Virus record (IMG/VR): IMGVR_UViG_3300036820_000015
Location: 1-64,000 of that record
Direction: 5' to 3' (one strand)
Length of the DNA: 64,000 bases
DNA from: a virus
Position 1 is the first letter of the stretch. Each line of letters opens with the position of its first letter. Both the position numbers and the translations under genes were made by a program. Of this stretch, positions 54,163 to 63,207 are shown one piece after another. The notes below the pieces were generated by a model. The model made no database searches, was not told the origin of the DNA, and saw only the letters and a program-made list of their open reading frames with translations.

Positions 54163-54435
54163 GTGTGGACCTTACCAGTGTGCCTACTGATCTTGGAGGA
54201 CCGAGCGTTGAGCGTTGAGAGACTCTGTACCGATTGCCGAAGTCCAGGACCGTTCCCCACCCTGGCAGCGCTGAAGTGTACGCGCTGCCGGAAGAAGATC
54301 GCCAAAGGTCGGGGGGAGTATCTGCGTGGGTATGACAGGGCGCGTAAGAGGGCGATCAAGAGACTGATCGAGATGCACCCGCGCGTGTTCAGGAAGTTGA
54401 TGGCAGAAGAGAGGACGCGGGGGGAGAAGAAGTAA
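54163..54435 (+). CDS. Zn-finger/basic helical protein (start uncertain)
   Basis: CTDC...CTRC, ARKRAIKRLIEMHP..F..L..EE. Confidence 0.5.
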   Translation: MWTLPVCLLILEDRALSVERLCTDCRSPGPFPTLAALKCTRCRKKIAKGRGEYLRGYDRARKRAIKRLIEMHPRVFRKLMAEERTRGEKK

Positions 54436-54456
54436 GGAGCACGCGGTGTTGATCTG

Positions 54457-54747
54457 TCATGACTCGGGTACCTCAATCTTGGGTGGGTCGAGCCGCCAAG
54501 ACACCAAGCGGCCTGGGAGTAGGACAATCTCCCCCGACTGCCACCAGCGGCGATAGAGCGCCGAGGTCATGATGGCGTTCTTCCGGGCAGCCTCCGCTGC
54601 CGTGTAGTGGTCGAGCCGGCGCCGGTGGCCTCGCAACTTGAACGTCCTCAGACGTAGGCGCCCTATTCGGACAGTCCGAGTCTTGACAGGGGCCAATGTG
54701 CCCGTTGCCATCTGAACTTCAGCTTCCTCACCTGGGTTGTCACTCAC
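54457..54747 (-). CDS. Hypothetical protein
   Basis: GGAGGAG RBS before GTG. Confidence 0.5.
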   Translation of the reverse strand: MSDNPGEEAEVQMATGTLAPVKTRTVRIGRLRLRTFKLRGHRRRLDHYTAAEAARKNAIMTSALYRRWWQSGEIVLLPGRLVSWRLDPPKIEVPES

Positions 54748-54748
54748 T

Positions 54749-55012
54749 TCACTCCTCCATCCAACACGCCGTAGGCCGTACATCTGCGGGGATCGGCCCC
54801 CATCCAGCCTGGTGGTTGTAGCCGGTCACAGTGCCCCCGGCGAGGCCGAGGTATTCGCCATTTGGTGCCCACCGAGCGAACGGGTTGTCCCTCATATCGT
54901 CTAGTCGTCGGACGCCGCACCAGTCACAAAGGCCGTCCTCCTGGGTTGCCTCTTTCGCACAGGCCACGCCGTGCCAGACGCATCGACATGCCACGGCTAG
55001 CGATTCACTCAC
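54749..55012 (-). CDS. Cys-rich hypothetical protein
   Basis: CRC..H..C...TQEDGLCDWC. Confidence 0.55.
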   Translation of the reverse strand: MSESLAVACRCVWHGVACAKEATQEDGLCDWCGVRRLDDMRDNPFARWAPNGEYLGLAGGTVTGYNHQAGWGPIPADVRPTACWMEE

Positions 55013-55247
55013 CCAGTGCCTCCAGAGCACAGTTGTCAGGGCAACAGAAGTGGAAGCCACGGAGTTTCCCGGTCACCTTGCAGAACGACCAGTAATGGCC
55101 CTGGTGGTTATTGCCGGTGTGCCGATGGCATCGGGAGCACACGTTGCTGTAACCGTCACATGGCCCTTCCTGGCACCACTCGCACCGTGTTTCTTCTGTG
55201 ATTGAATCCCCGCTCTCTACAGGTTCTTGATGTGTTTGGTCATTCAT
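55005..55247 (-). CDS. Cys/His-rich hypothetical protein
   Basis: CSRC...TGN..QGHYW..C...HFCCP..C. Confidence 0.6.
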   Translation of the reverse strand: MNDQTHQEPVESGDSITEETRCEWCQEGPCDGYSNVCSRCHRHTGNNHQGHYWSFCKVTGKLRGFHFCCPDNCALEALGE

Positions 55248-55250
55248 TGC

Positions 55251-55841
55251 TCATGGCTTTCTCAGCACCCAAAGAGTGCTGTGGTTACGGCGAGCGTGAC
55301 GCTGTGGCCCGGATTGCGGTCGGATGGACGAGAGGTGCTCGAAACGGTCAGCCACACGGAACCCAAGCGACAGGGCGGTCGTCAGGGTCAGATGCGAACC
55401 CAGCCACAGGGTGTCGTGGGTCCAGACGTAGTCCTGGCATTTCACCAGAACGACCCCTTTCCGCATTACCACCCGAAAGCACTCCATCAGGCCCTTGTCG
55501 ATGTTCGCTTGTACTTCTCCTGGTGTCGTGGGTGCATCGAATAAGCCATACCGCTCACGCACGTCGGGGAGGGTCGTTCCCCGGCGCATAGCGACGTAAG
55601 GCGGGTCGAAGGCAACGGCCTGGAACTCCTCTGGCCCGTACCACATCGCCCGAAAGTCCCAGCCATCAGCGGGGTCAGGGCGGTGGAGCGTCTTTGGCTT
55701 CCATTCCGTCCACCAGTTTCCCAGACCCCAGGTGGCGTCGAGCGTCTTATCATCGGGGCTCAGGTAGCCGAGTTGGGCGACGGCAGCAATCAAAGCACCG
55801 TTGCTCGTCCAGTGAAAGGCTCCGAGAACGTCAGCGCTCAT
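55251..55841 (-). CDS. DNA N6-adenine/N4-cytosine methyltransferase
   Basis: LDATWGLG SAM-binding motif, AFDPPY catalytic motif, EC.RV...G...VKCQD. Confidence 0.85.
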   Translation of the reverse strand: MSADVLGAFHWTSNGALIAAVAQLGYLSPDDKTLDATWGLGNWWTEWKPKTLHRPDPADGWDFRAMWYGPEEFQAVAFDPPYVAMRRGTTLPDVRERYGLFDAPTTPGEVQANIDKGLMECFRVVMRKGVVLVKCQDYVWTHDTLWLGSHLTLTTALSLGFRVADRFEHLSSIRPQSGPQRHARRNHSTLWVLRKP

Positions 55842-55870
55842 TGTGGCTCCCGTCGTCCTCTATGCGGAGT

Positions 55871-56152
55871 TCATACATCTTTGACCCCAGCCCCGATGAT
55901 GGTGGCGTTGTGGGCCGTTACCATGAAATCGTCATTCATACACTTGTCACCAGGGAGGGTCACCAGGGTCAATCCGACCTCTGACCGCATCCATTCGGTA
56001 AGAACAACATCCAGATAATCCTCGGGGGTGGGCTCGCCGTTCTCGGCCCAGATGGCGGCAGACTCGGGAAGGTCGTCGGCCCAGATGCCGTCTACCGCAA
56101 TCGTCAGTACCAGTTTTTTGGTCGGCTTCGGCTCAGTTGCCATTGCGGTCAC
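55871..56152 (-). CDS. Hypothetical protein
   Basis: GGAGAGG RBS. Confidence 0.55.
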   Translation of the reverse strand: MTAMATEPKPTKKLVLTIAVDGIWADDLPESAAIWAENGEPTPEDYLDVVLTEWMRSEVGLTLVTLPGDKCMNDDFMVTAHNATIIGAGVKDV

Positions 56153-56268
56153 TGTCCTCTCCTGGCTGGTCCGTGATGTTGACCATTTTGCGCGTGTGGT
56201 CCACAGTAACCACCCGTGCCATTTCAGCGCCTGGCACCTTTACACTTTCACCGAGTTGAGGGGCTCTG

Positions 56269-56517
56269 TCATCTGTTGCCATCGTGGCTCCTGTCCTCAT
56301 CTCCCACGCTTGTTGACCCGCCTTCCACCATCTGCCTCTGCTGTTTCAGGACCCACAGCTCCTCGTCGTAACGACAATCGCAGGGTGCGCCGGGGCTTTT
56401 TTTCGTCTTGCACCAGCCGTGGTGCTGGCCGTAGTTCTCTAAGACGCTGATCGCTTGATTGACGGTAGAAACAGCCAGAGCATGTTGGATCTTTAGTCCA
56501 TCCTCACGAGTGGCCAT
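56269..56517 (-). CDS. Hypothetical protein with H..C...CDC motif
   Basis: AGGAG RBS. Confidence 0.55.
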   Translation of the reverse strand: MATREDGLKIQHALAVSTVNQAISVLENYGQHHGWCKTKKSPGAPCDCRYDEELWVLKQQRQMVEGGSTSVGDEDRSHDGNR

Positions 56518-56554
56518 CGTTGCTCCTGTCTTTCATCTCCTACGAGTTCTAACC

Positions 56555-57712
56555 TCATGGCTGATATGCGGCCACATTATTGGCGGTCGACCCTACAATC
56601 GTCGCCCCGCTCAGCACGTCCACCGGACTCAACACATTCCCTTTGCTGCTCCCATCACCAACGGCCCCCAGCCGGTCGCTCCCACAGGCCCACACGTTCC
56701 CGCTCGTATCGATCCCGTAGCTCGTATACCCACCGGTCGCCACACTACTCAACGTCACTCCGCTGGGCAGCGCCGTGAAAGCCTGCACCGGAGTCGAGTT
56801 GGTGGCCGACTGTGTCCCGTTGCAGAACTGGCCGAAGGAATCATTCCCCCAGATGTACGGCACTCCACTGCTCAGCATGGCGATGGCCTGACCGTTGGTG
56901 TTGATCGAGCCTCCGGTATACACCTGCGTGGCCACGCTTCCACTGGGCAGATTCACCTGCACCGGCACGTCGCTATTCGTCGTCGTCCCGTTGCCCAGCT
57001 GGCCCCACTCGTTTTGGCCCCAGTCCCACACTTGGCCACTGGTCAAGATGGCCGACGACGTTGTCTCCCCGGCCGAGATCTGAGTCACCCCCGTCAGCCC
57101 GGTCACACTCACCACCGTGGTGCTATTCGTCGTCGTCCCGTTGCCCAGCTGGCCGTTGCTGTTCCCGCCGCACGCTTCCACCGTCCCGCTGCTCGTCAGG
57201 AAGATCTCGTGGTCACTACCGCCTGCCGTCGCTGTGACCCCGCTCAATGGCAGCAGGGTCGGACTGTGGTGCTGGGCGGTGTTACCGAGACACAGCTGGC
57301 CACCGGCGTTGTAACCCCAGCCGTACACCGTGCCGGTACTACTGACAGCGAAGTTGGTGTCTTGGGATTCACCGATGCTCACGATGGTCGGCAGTCCCGG
57401 GACCCGAACAGCAGCGGCCACATGGTTGACCGTGTCGCCCTGGCCGAGAGCCCCGTGGGTCCCGAGGCCCCAGGCGAACACATTGCCGCTGGAGTCGAGA
57501 GCGATGCCACTGGCGTTACCGACGGCCATCTGCACGATGCCGCTGAGTCCACTGATCGGTGTGGGGGTGTCGCTCTCGTGTGAGTCTGAGACGCCAACGG
57601 TGACGAGTGCTCCCCAGCGTTGGCCGGTCGGTGTCTGGGCGCTGGCGATGCAGCTGGATAGCCCGATGACGGCCGTAGCCGCTAGGACAGCAGTGATGAT
57701 GGTCCGTTTCAT
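56555..57712 (-). CDS. Exported RCC1/BLIP-II repeat beta-propeller protein
   Basis: AAGGAG RBS; MKRTIITAVLAATAVIGLSSC signal/lipobox; repeated G.V..WG.N..GQLG.G. Confidence 0.9.
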   Translation of the reverse strand: MKRTIITAVLAATAVIGLSSCIASAQTPTGQRWGALVTVGVSDSHESDTPTPISGLSGIVQMAVGNASGIALDSSGNVFAWGLGTHGALGQGDTVNHVAAAVRVPGLPTIVSIGESQDTNFAVSSTGTVYGWGYNAGGQLCLGNTAQHHSPTLLPLSGVTATAGGSDHEIFLTSSGTVEACGGNSNGQLGNGTTTNSTTVVSVTGLTGVTQISAGETTSSAILTSGQVWDWGQNEWGQLGNGTTTNSDVPVQVNLPSGSVATQVYTGGSINTNGQAIAMLSSGVPYIWGNDSFGQFCNGTQSATNSTPVQAFTALPSGVTLSSVATGGYTSYGIDTSGNVWACGSDRLGAVGDGSSKGNVLSPVDVLSGATIVGSTANNVAAYQP

Positions 57713-58006
57713 GATGGTGTTGTCTCCTTGTTTTCCTGGTGGGGTTCTGAGTTTTCGAGTACGCGGTCGCGGTGCTTGGCGCAAAACTGAGCCTGGATCT
57801 CTTCTCCATCGGGTAGATGCAGCACGATGATTTTTGACGGCTTGGTTCTGGCAGGGCTCGGGGTCGTCAGGTCGGCCGATGACGCGGTCGTTGCCCCTGC
57901 CCCAGCCCCAGTGGCAGCCGATGAGGGTATGGATCATGTTCTGGGCCTCGGGGTCACCGTCAACAATCTGCTTCATCTCTTTGATGCCCATGCGCTTCTC
58001 GGTCAT
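57709..58006 (-). CDS. Hypothetical protein with apparent 1-nt insertion at 57831-57835
   Basis: Removing one A gives ...VKIIVLHLPDGEEIQAQFCAKHRD...TPS* with ATGA overlap. Confidence 0.55.
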
Positions 58007-58155
58007 GACGCACTCCTTTCGCGAGCAATCCTCAGTCCGTAGTAGTACCCATGCCGCAGCGAACAGAAGAAACCGTTCCCGTCGTAGCCGTAGCCCTTAA
58101 TGAAACGCGCTCTGGGGAGTGGGTGGCTGCAGTAGAGACAGTTCGGGATCATCAA

Positions 58156-58347
58156 TCACCACTCCCCAGAGTGGGCCCAACGAGCGGTGGGAGCATGGCG
58201 CTTCTTCATGACCCGGTTGCCACACTCTTTGCACCATCCGAAGAGTTGATCCGACAACACTGACTCCTCGACCCGACCGGGATCTACTTTGGCCCAGTGG
58301 TCGAAGTCCAAATCGGATGCTTGCTCCCACGTCAAACGGATGGTCAC
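58156..58347 (-). CDS. Hypothetical protein
   Basis: GTGA-coupled; CKECG...WAH. Confidence 0.5.
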   Translation of the reverse strand: MTIRLTWEQASDLDFDHWAKVDPGRVEESVLSDQLFGWCKECGNRVMKKRHAPTARWAHSGEW

Positions 58348-58505
58348 GGCACCACCAACGCGATCCGGTCGTCGTTGTAGTACTCGCCGTCCTCGTAGTA
58401 GTAGTCCTCGGCGGCGAAGGGGTCGGTGTCCCACCAGTCCCCCTCTTCGCGCGACTCGTACTCGATGGCGCTGAGGGGGTCGACGCCAGCGCGGAGCCGC
58501 GTCAT
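58344..58505 (-). CDS. Small acidic protein
   Basis: ATGA-coupled; D/E/Y/W-rich. Confidence 0.5.
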   Translation of the reverse strand: MTRLRAGVDPLSAIEYESREEGDWWDTDPFAAEDYYYEDGEYYNDDRIALVVP

Positions 58506-58885
58506 GACTCCCCCCGCTCTTTGCGGCAAGGGGAGCATGAGCACCCACGCCCATCCGGGTCACCGTTGAGCACCCAGATGGCATGCCAAAGGCATTCGCC
58601 TGTCTTCCAGATCCGTCGAGCAATGCGCTCGACCTTGTAGTCACTCCAGCCCTGAACGCTGCACCTCACGAGCTTCTCAGTCTGCTCGAAGGGCACACCC
58701 TGCGACTCGGGTGACGGGTTCGCCTGGTTGGTGCTGCCGTTTCGTAGGCAGGCAGAGCGTCGATCAAGGTCATCGGCCAATACCTGATCCGACTTCTCGT
58801 CCCAACGAAACCGCGCCTCGAACAGCTTGGCTGCCTTACTTGCCTGATTGGCCTTGATCGAGGCCTCTCGCGTCGCGTCGCTCAT
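58502..58885 (-). CDS. Hypothetical protein
   Basis: AAGGAGAG RBS; C-terminal CSCSPC. Confidence 0.6.
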   Translation of the reverse strand: MSDATREASIKANQASKAAKLFEARFRWDEKSDQVLADDLDRRSACLRNGSTNQANPSPESQGVPFEQTEKLVRCSVQGWSDYKVERIARRIWKTGECLWHAIWVLNGDPDGRGCSCSPCRKERGES

Positions 58886-58955
58886 AGTCACTTCTCTCTC
58901 CTTCGGCCGGGCCCATCCCGAACCTTCCCCCATGTAAGCACACAACCGCCCTCCT

Positions 58956-59387
58956 TTATTCCAGCATCTGCCCGAGTTCTGCCACCTCCCCCCACCCCCC
59001 GGTTGACCTGAATGCCACCCATGTGCTTTGATGGCCTCGCGTCCCGCCGACGCACCCCAGGCGATACCGTGACCATCGCACGAGAGAGCCCGGCCACCCA
59101 GCCCCGAGGGGGGACAGGGGAGCCGGGCTCTTCTCGTTCCTATCGCCAGGTGCCCAGGAGACCCGGCCCCCTGGCCGCCTCAGCCGGGCAGGCCCCCACG
59201 GATGGGCACTGACCCTCTCCCGGGTGCCTGGGGCCACAGGGACCGGTCTCCTCTGAATCCGCTCGCTCGGGCCGAGAGGGACCCAGTCCACCCACTTGGT
59301 CTTGTGGCTCGGGCAGATATGGCCGATCTGGATGGCGCCGCGCGCGTCGATCGTGGCCAGGCACTTCGGGCACTGCCAGGTGGTCAT
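58956..59387 (-). CDS. Zn-ribbon protein (3' extent doubtful)
   Basis: WQCPKC...HICP. Confidence 0.35.
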   Translation of the reverse strand: MTTWQCPKCLATIDARGAIQIGHICPSHKTKWVDWVPLGPSERIQRRPVPVAPGTRERVSAHPWGPARLRRPGGRVSWAPGDRNEKSPAPLSPLGAGWPGSLVRWSRYRLGCVGGTRGHQSTWVAFRSTGGWGEVAELGQMLE

Positions 59388-59550
59388 GGCAGGAGGCTCC
59401 TGAGGCCCTCGACCGGCGACCCGGCGACGTAGGTGTCATCGCTCGGGTCATCGCTCGGGTGCCACTCGTCGCCGCACCGTCGGCAGACCCAGGAGTCGTC
59501 CCGCCAATCGAGGATGCCGTCACAGTTGTCGCAGTGTGGCTTCCTCTTGG

Positions 59551-60069
59551 TCATGGCACCTCCAATCCGTGCTCGTAGCAGACCCAGGCCAATGTATGGT
59601 CACCGCGGCCAATGTGGAAATCTTTCTGTAGCCCATTGGTGAACCCTTCTTCGTGGGTGATACACCGCCAGTAGCCTTCGTTCAACTCGCACTTGGTGGG
59701 CTTGACGGCATAGGTCTCGCCACTGATCACTGACACCTCTCCCACGCGCGCTTTGCGGACTCTTCCGTGTTCTGTCGCTTCCCACTGTTCTGTGTCAGGC
59801 ATTCCCTCTCTCCGTTCCTTCGAGCCCAGCGTCTGCAGTCCAAACTTGAGCTTCTCGCACATCATCTCGGCACCGATCCGCGTACCCACCCAGAAGGTGA
59901 TGGCCGAGCGGTCATCGTCCTCATCGCTGTGGTGCAGGGCCGGGTGACTCTTCAGATAGAGCCGCGCACCGTAGAACACGCGCTCGCTGCCGTCCAGCTG
60001 GATGATCGGCTTGGTCTCGACGATCTCCGTCTCGTTCGTAAGCTCCTCGTGGTAGATGTTCAGGCGCAT
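59551..60069 (-). CDS. Hypothetical protein, possibly two genes (second start MPDTEQW)
   Basis: MRLNIYHEELT...FYGARLYL.S...LHH...DDDRSAITFW. Confidence 0.6.
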   Translation of the reverse strand: MRLNIYHEELTNETEIVETKPIIQLDGSERVFYGARLYLKSHPALHHSDEDDDRSAITFWVGTRIGAEMMCEKLKFGLQTLGSKERREGMPDTEQWEATEHGRVRKARVGEVSVISGETYAVKPTKCELNEGYWRCITHEEGFTNGLQKDFHIGRGDHTLAWVCYEHGLEVP

Positions 60070-60311
60070 CAGACAAACCTGCCCCATACCAGTTTTCCCT
60101 CACCGTCATGGATGTAAGCCGCCATATCAGTACCGTCCTCATCGGTGTCCTCGGTGAAAAGAGTGAGGTGATCGATGCAGACGTTGGGTCGCTCGGTGGT
60201 AAATACCTGCATCCTCTTGCCGTCTAACTCACCGTCGACGAAATCGTAGGTAATACACCATGGCCCCGTCTCTTCATCGAAACCTCTCTCTTTGCTTTGG
60301 AACTCTCTCAC
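60069..60311 (-). CDS. Hypothetical protein
   Basis: 1-nt overlaps on both sides. Confidence 0.5.
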   Translation of the reverse strand: MREFQSKERGFDEETGPWCITYDFVDGELDGKRMQVFTTERPNVCIDHLTLFTEDTDEDGTDMAAYIHDGEGKLVWGRFV

Positions 60312-60964
60312 TATGGCTTTCCTCCTCTTCCGATCCTCACTGCGATCACCTCTCGATCCATCTCTCCGCGTAGCACGCGCGCGAAGTCACTCAGCCCACT
60401 ACTGATATCCCGCTGCCTCCTCCCACTGTTGTCGCGCAGTGCCGCCGCCGGATGGTACAGCGGGAAACACCAGCGCCCTTTGCCTACTCCAGCTGGTATG
60501 GCGAAGGGCTTGCCCTGGATATCCGACACCTTGGCCTTCACCGTCTGCAGACTCTTCAGCGCCGTGTTGCCCAAGGTGACGATCCACTCCGGGTCGGCCA
60601 AGGTAATCTGCGCTCGGAGGTTAGGCATGCAGGCCATGATCTGTGCATCCTCCGGCGGCCCTTGCGCCCGGCAACAGCAGACATTGGCGATGAACATCTC
60701 ACTGAAGGTCGGCAGTCCGACGTCACGCATGAGACGCGCCAGCAGCTGGCCGCTGGGTCCGATGAACGGCTGCCCACGCGCGTTCTCCTCGTAGCCGGGA
60801 GCTTCACCGAGGAGCATGATGGTGGCCGGAGCGCGACCGCGAAATGGAACCGGGGCTTTGGCAGACGCGCGGAGACCACAGGCGGTACAGTCGATGATCT
60901 GGTTGCGGACGCGGTTACGCTCAGCGGCCTGGAGAGCGAGGTCGGTCAAGGCAGTGGACCCCAT
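60311..60964 (-). CDS. Uracil-DNA glycosylase, family 4 (Fe-S)
   Basis: CTACGL, GEAPG..E...G.PFIGPSG, N..CCR, HPAAALR. Confidence 0.92.
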   Translation of the reverse strand: MGSTALTDLALQAAERNRVRNQIIDCTACGLRASAKAPVPFRGRAPATIMLLGEAPGYEENARGQPFIGPSGQLLARLMRDVGLPTFSEMFIANVCCCRAQGPPEDAQIMACMPNLRAQITLADPEWIVTLGNTALKSLQTVKAKVSDIQGKPFAIPAGVGKGRWCFPLYHPAAALRDNSGRRQRDISSGLSDFARVLRGEMDREVIAVRIGRGGKP

Positions 60965-61896
60965 ACTGACCCTGGATCTTTCCGCTCCACTCCAGCAATC
61001 TCTGGATACGCTTCGTTGGCTCCCATCTTCAGGACAGATAGAGGCTTAGCGAAATAAGTCGCATTCCAGGCCTTAGTGATGTAAGCCTGCATGAGCGGGG
61101 GTTCGAGATGCCGTGTCCCTGAAGAGTTCACCATAGCGGTGGCTCTCAATGTGTGGGCTGGATCGCCCTTCGTTAGTCCGGTACCTTCAATCACTTGGTT
61201 AACGAATAGATCAGCCAGTCCACGATTAGCCCACGCCCCGAGGTAGAGAACAGCAGCGAAGCGAGATTTCTGGAAGTAACGGAATGGGATGCGGCGAGCA
61301 TCATTGACATAGATCCCGAGATCGGGATGCCGCCGATAGATGTCCTCTATCTCGGAGCCCACGACTTTCCCGTGACGGCCCATATCGTTCTCCCACCGGA
61401 ACACCTCAGCTGCCGTAGCACTAAGCCGAGAAGGTGCAGCGAGAATGGGAGTGCCTGTTTCCGTAGCCTCCATCGCTAAGACATCAGCACCGTTCCGAGG
61501 TGCCACCTGGTCTAAGTACTTCCTATCATCTGGGTCTATCCCCCACGTCACTGTCACAACAAAGCTGCGTTTGGTTGCCACGCAACTCTTTAGACGATGT
61601 TGACCGTCCCTCAGGATTCCGTCCCAGTCGTAGATAATAGGCTGACCAGTGAGTGCCCAGGTACTGAGGATCATTGCTCGTGCGTAGATGGCCACTATAT
61701 TTGTTCTGACGTTACGATTGTGGATGTTGTATTCCTCAAGATGTTGAGCCGCCATCTCTGGGGTGATGGTGACTTCGGCATGCCATAGCTTCCCTGAAGA
61801 TACGAACACCGCATCAGGGAACATGGCTTTGAGCTTTGCAGGATATGTAGGTGACACTTCTCTCTCCCTCTCTGTCTTAGGTGAAGCTGTGTCCAT
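60946..61896 (-). CDS. ParB/Srx-like domain protein
   Basis: ITPEMA..L..N..NR...YARAM...W..TG..I..D..G...DGQHRL; AT-richer. Confidence 0.75.
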   Translation of the reverse strand: MDTASPKTEREREVSPTYPAKLKAMFPDAVFVSSGKLWHAEVTITPEMAAQHLEEYNIHNRNVRTNIVAIYARAMILSTWALTGQPIIYDWDGILRDGQHRLKSCVATKRSFVVTVTWGIDPDDRKYLDQVAPRNGADVLAMEATETGTPILAAPSRLSATAAEVFRWENDMGRHGKVVGSEIEDIYRRHPDLGIYVNDARRIPFRYFQKSRFAAVLYLGAWANRGLADLFVNQVIEGTGLTKGDPAHTLRATAMVNSSGTRHLEPPLMQAYITKAWNATYFAKPLSVLKMGANEAYPEIAGVERKDPGSVWGPLP

Positions 61897-62308
61897 CCGG
61901 TTCCGGTGTCTTCACCGGACTACCCCTCCGCGCGAACTCCTCATCACTGACCTCACACAACTCCGTCAGCGCTGACTGCATGCTCCGCCCGCACTTCCGA
62001 CAGCCAGGGCCCTCCATGGCCACGCCCTCACGCACCAGCAGCACGTTGACCATCGGCTTGCCCTCGTCGTCCTTCTCTACCTCACCCTCGCCGTCCTCCC
62101 CCTTTACCCTCTCTCCCGCTTCATCCAGCACCCAACGGAAGTCAATGACACACGGAATGTTCTGGACCATGATCCACTGGTGCCGGTACTGATCCTTCTG
62201 GCGGAACTTGGCCAGGTCGACGGCACCGTACAGCGGGACCACCGGTTGATCGGGTACCGGGAAGCCGACACCGATCGGGATGACGTTACTCTCTTCGTCC
62301 ATGTCCAT
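61877..62308 (-). CDS. Hypothetical protein
   Basis: HQWI...GPGCRKC...C. Confidence 0.55.
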   Translation of the reverse strand: MDMDEESNVIPIGVGFPVPDQPVVPLYGAVDLAKFRQKDQYRHQWIMVQNIPCVIDFRWVLDEAGERVKGEDGEGEVEKDDEGKPMVNVLLVREGVAMEGPGCRKCGRSMQSALTELCEVSDEEFARRGSPVKTPEPDGHSFT

Positions 62309-62595
62309 CAGTCTGCGGTCCAATCTGTTCCCTTGAGGCTCTCGGCACAGTCGAGACACACCCACTCACCGTTACGTCGGAACACCCAGTCCCCCTCGTC
62401 GATCGCTCCATCGCATCGCTTACAGTCACTCTCGAAACCTGACTGAGTGCGTGGTCCCTGTGGCAGATCGTGCTGGTTCTTGGCGAGCGGGCTACCCCAG
62501 CCGACGCCAGCTGGCTTGGCCTTTTGGGTGTTGCAGATAGCGCAGAACCCTTTGGTCATCTCGTGTATGCAGAGATCGGCTACCTCACCCATCAT
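62308..62595 (-). CDS. Zn-binding hypothetical protein
   Basis: CIHEM...CAIC; CKRC..I..GD...CLDC. Confidence 0.6.
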   Translation of the reverse strand: MMGEVADLCIHEMTKGFCAICNTQKAKPAGVGWGSPLAKNQHDLPQGPRTQSGFESDCKRCDGAIDEGDWVFRRNGEWVCLDCAESLKGTDWTAD

Positions 62596-62893
62596 CCATC
62601 ACCAGTCCTCCAGCCTCTTCGGCCGTCTCGCTGACCAGCGGACCGTAGGACGGTGGCTGCAGCGGAACGTGGCCGATGATGGTGATGACGCGTACGCCGG
62701 TGTCCACGAACCGTTTGGCATTCGGCATCCGGTTGTGGGGATTGCCCGTGTGGCCTTTGATGTCGATGTAGACGTTCCGGTCGAAGCGGGCCGGGGCGTC
62801 CAGGGTGATGTTGGCTACCTTGAAGTCCGGGGCGTTGACGATTTCGAGGACGGCGTCGAGGGCGGCGCGCTCTTCTTCGGGGGTGAGGATCAT
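62585..62893 (-). CDS. Hypothetical protein
   Basis: ATGA-coupled, strong codon bias. Confidence 0.55.
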   Translation of the reverse strand: MILTPEEERAALDAVLEIVNAPDFKVANITLDAPARFDRNVYIDIKGHTGNPHNRMPNAKRFVDTGVRVITIIGHVPLQPPSYGPLVSETAEEAGGLVMDDG

Positions 62894-63207
62894 CCACCAA
62901 ACTCCTTTGTCTCACTCATGAAAAGAACCCCTTTACCCTTGGGGCTGAAGTCAGCCTTGTAAGGAGGAATGGGTGGGCACTCCTCTTCACTATTAACCCC
63001 ATCATGATGCCGAGCGTTAAGGTAATCGTTCAAGTCGATTCCACACACGAGGGAATGGTCTGATAACTGAGCACAGTAAGCGGCAGCGCAGAGAAGACCA
63101 CAGAACTCTTCGGTCATGTCGATCTCGTCGGCAGCAACGACCCAATGGATAACGAGTCCACGATCGGCTACATCGAGAGGAGCATGGCAGTGAGCGCATT
63201 GGTTCAC
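62890..63207 (-). CDS. Zn-binding hypothetical protein
   Basis: CAHC...FCGLLC; GTGA-coupled to thyX. Confidence 0.5.
   Translation of the reverse strand: MNQCAHCHAPLDVADRGLVIHWVVAADEIDMTEEFCGLLCAAAYCAQLSDHSLVCGIDLNDYLNARHHDGVNSEEECPPIPPYKADFSPKGKGVLFMSETKEFGG

Noticed and set aside
56555-58006. 483-aa RCC1 protein with N-terminal extension
   Set aside because: The RBS and signal peptide begin at 57712; the upstream part is a separate frameshifted gene.
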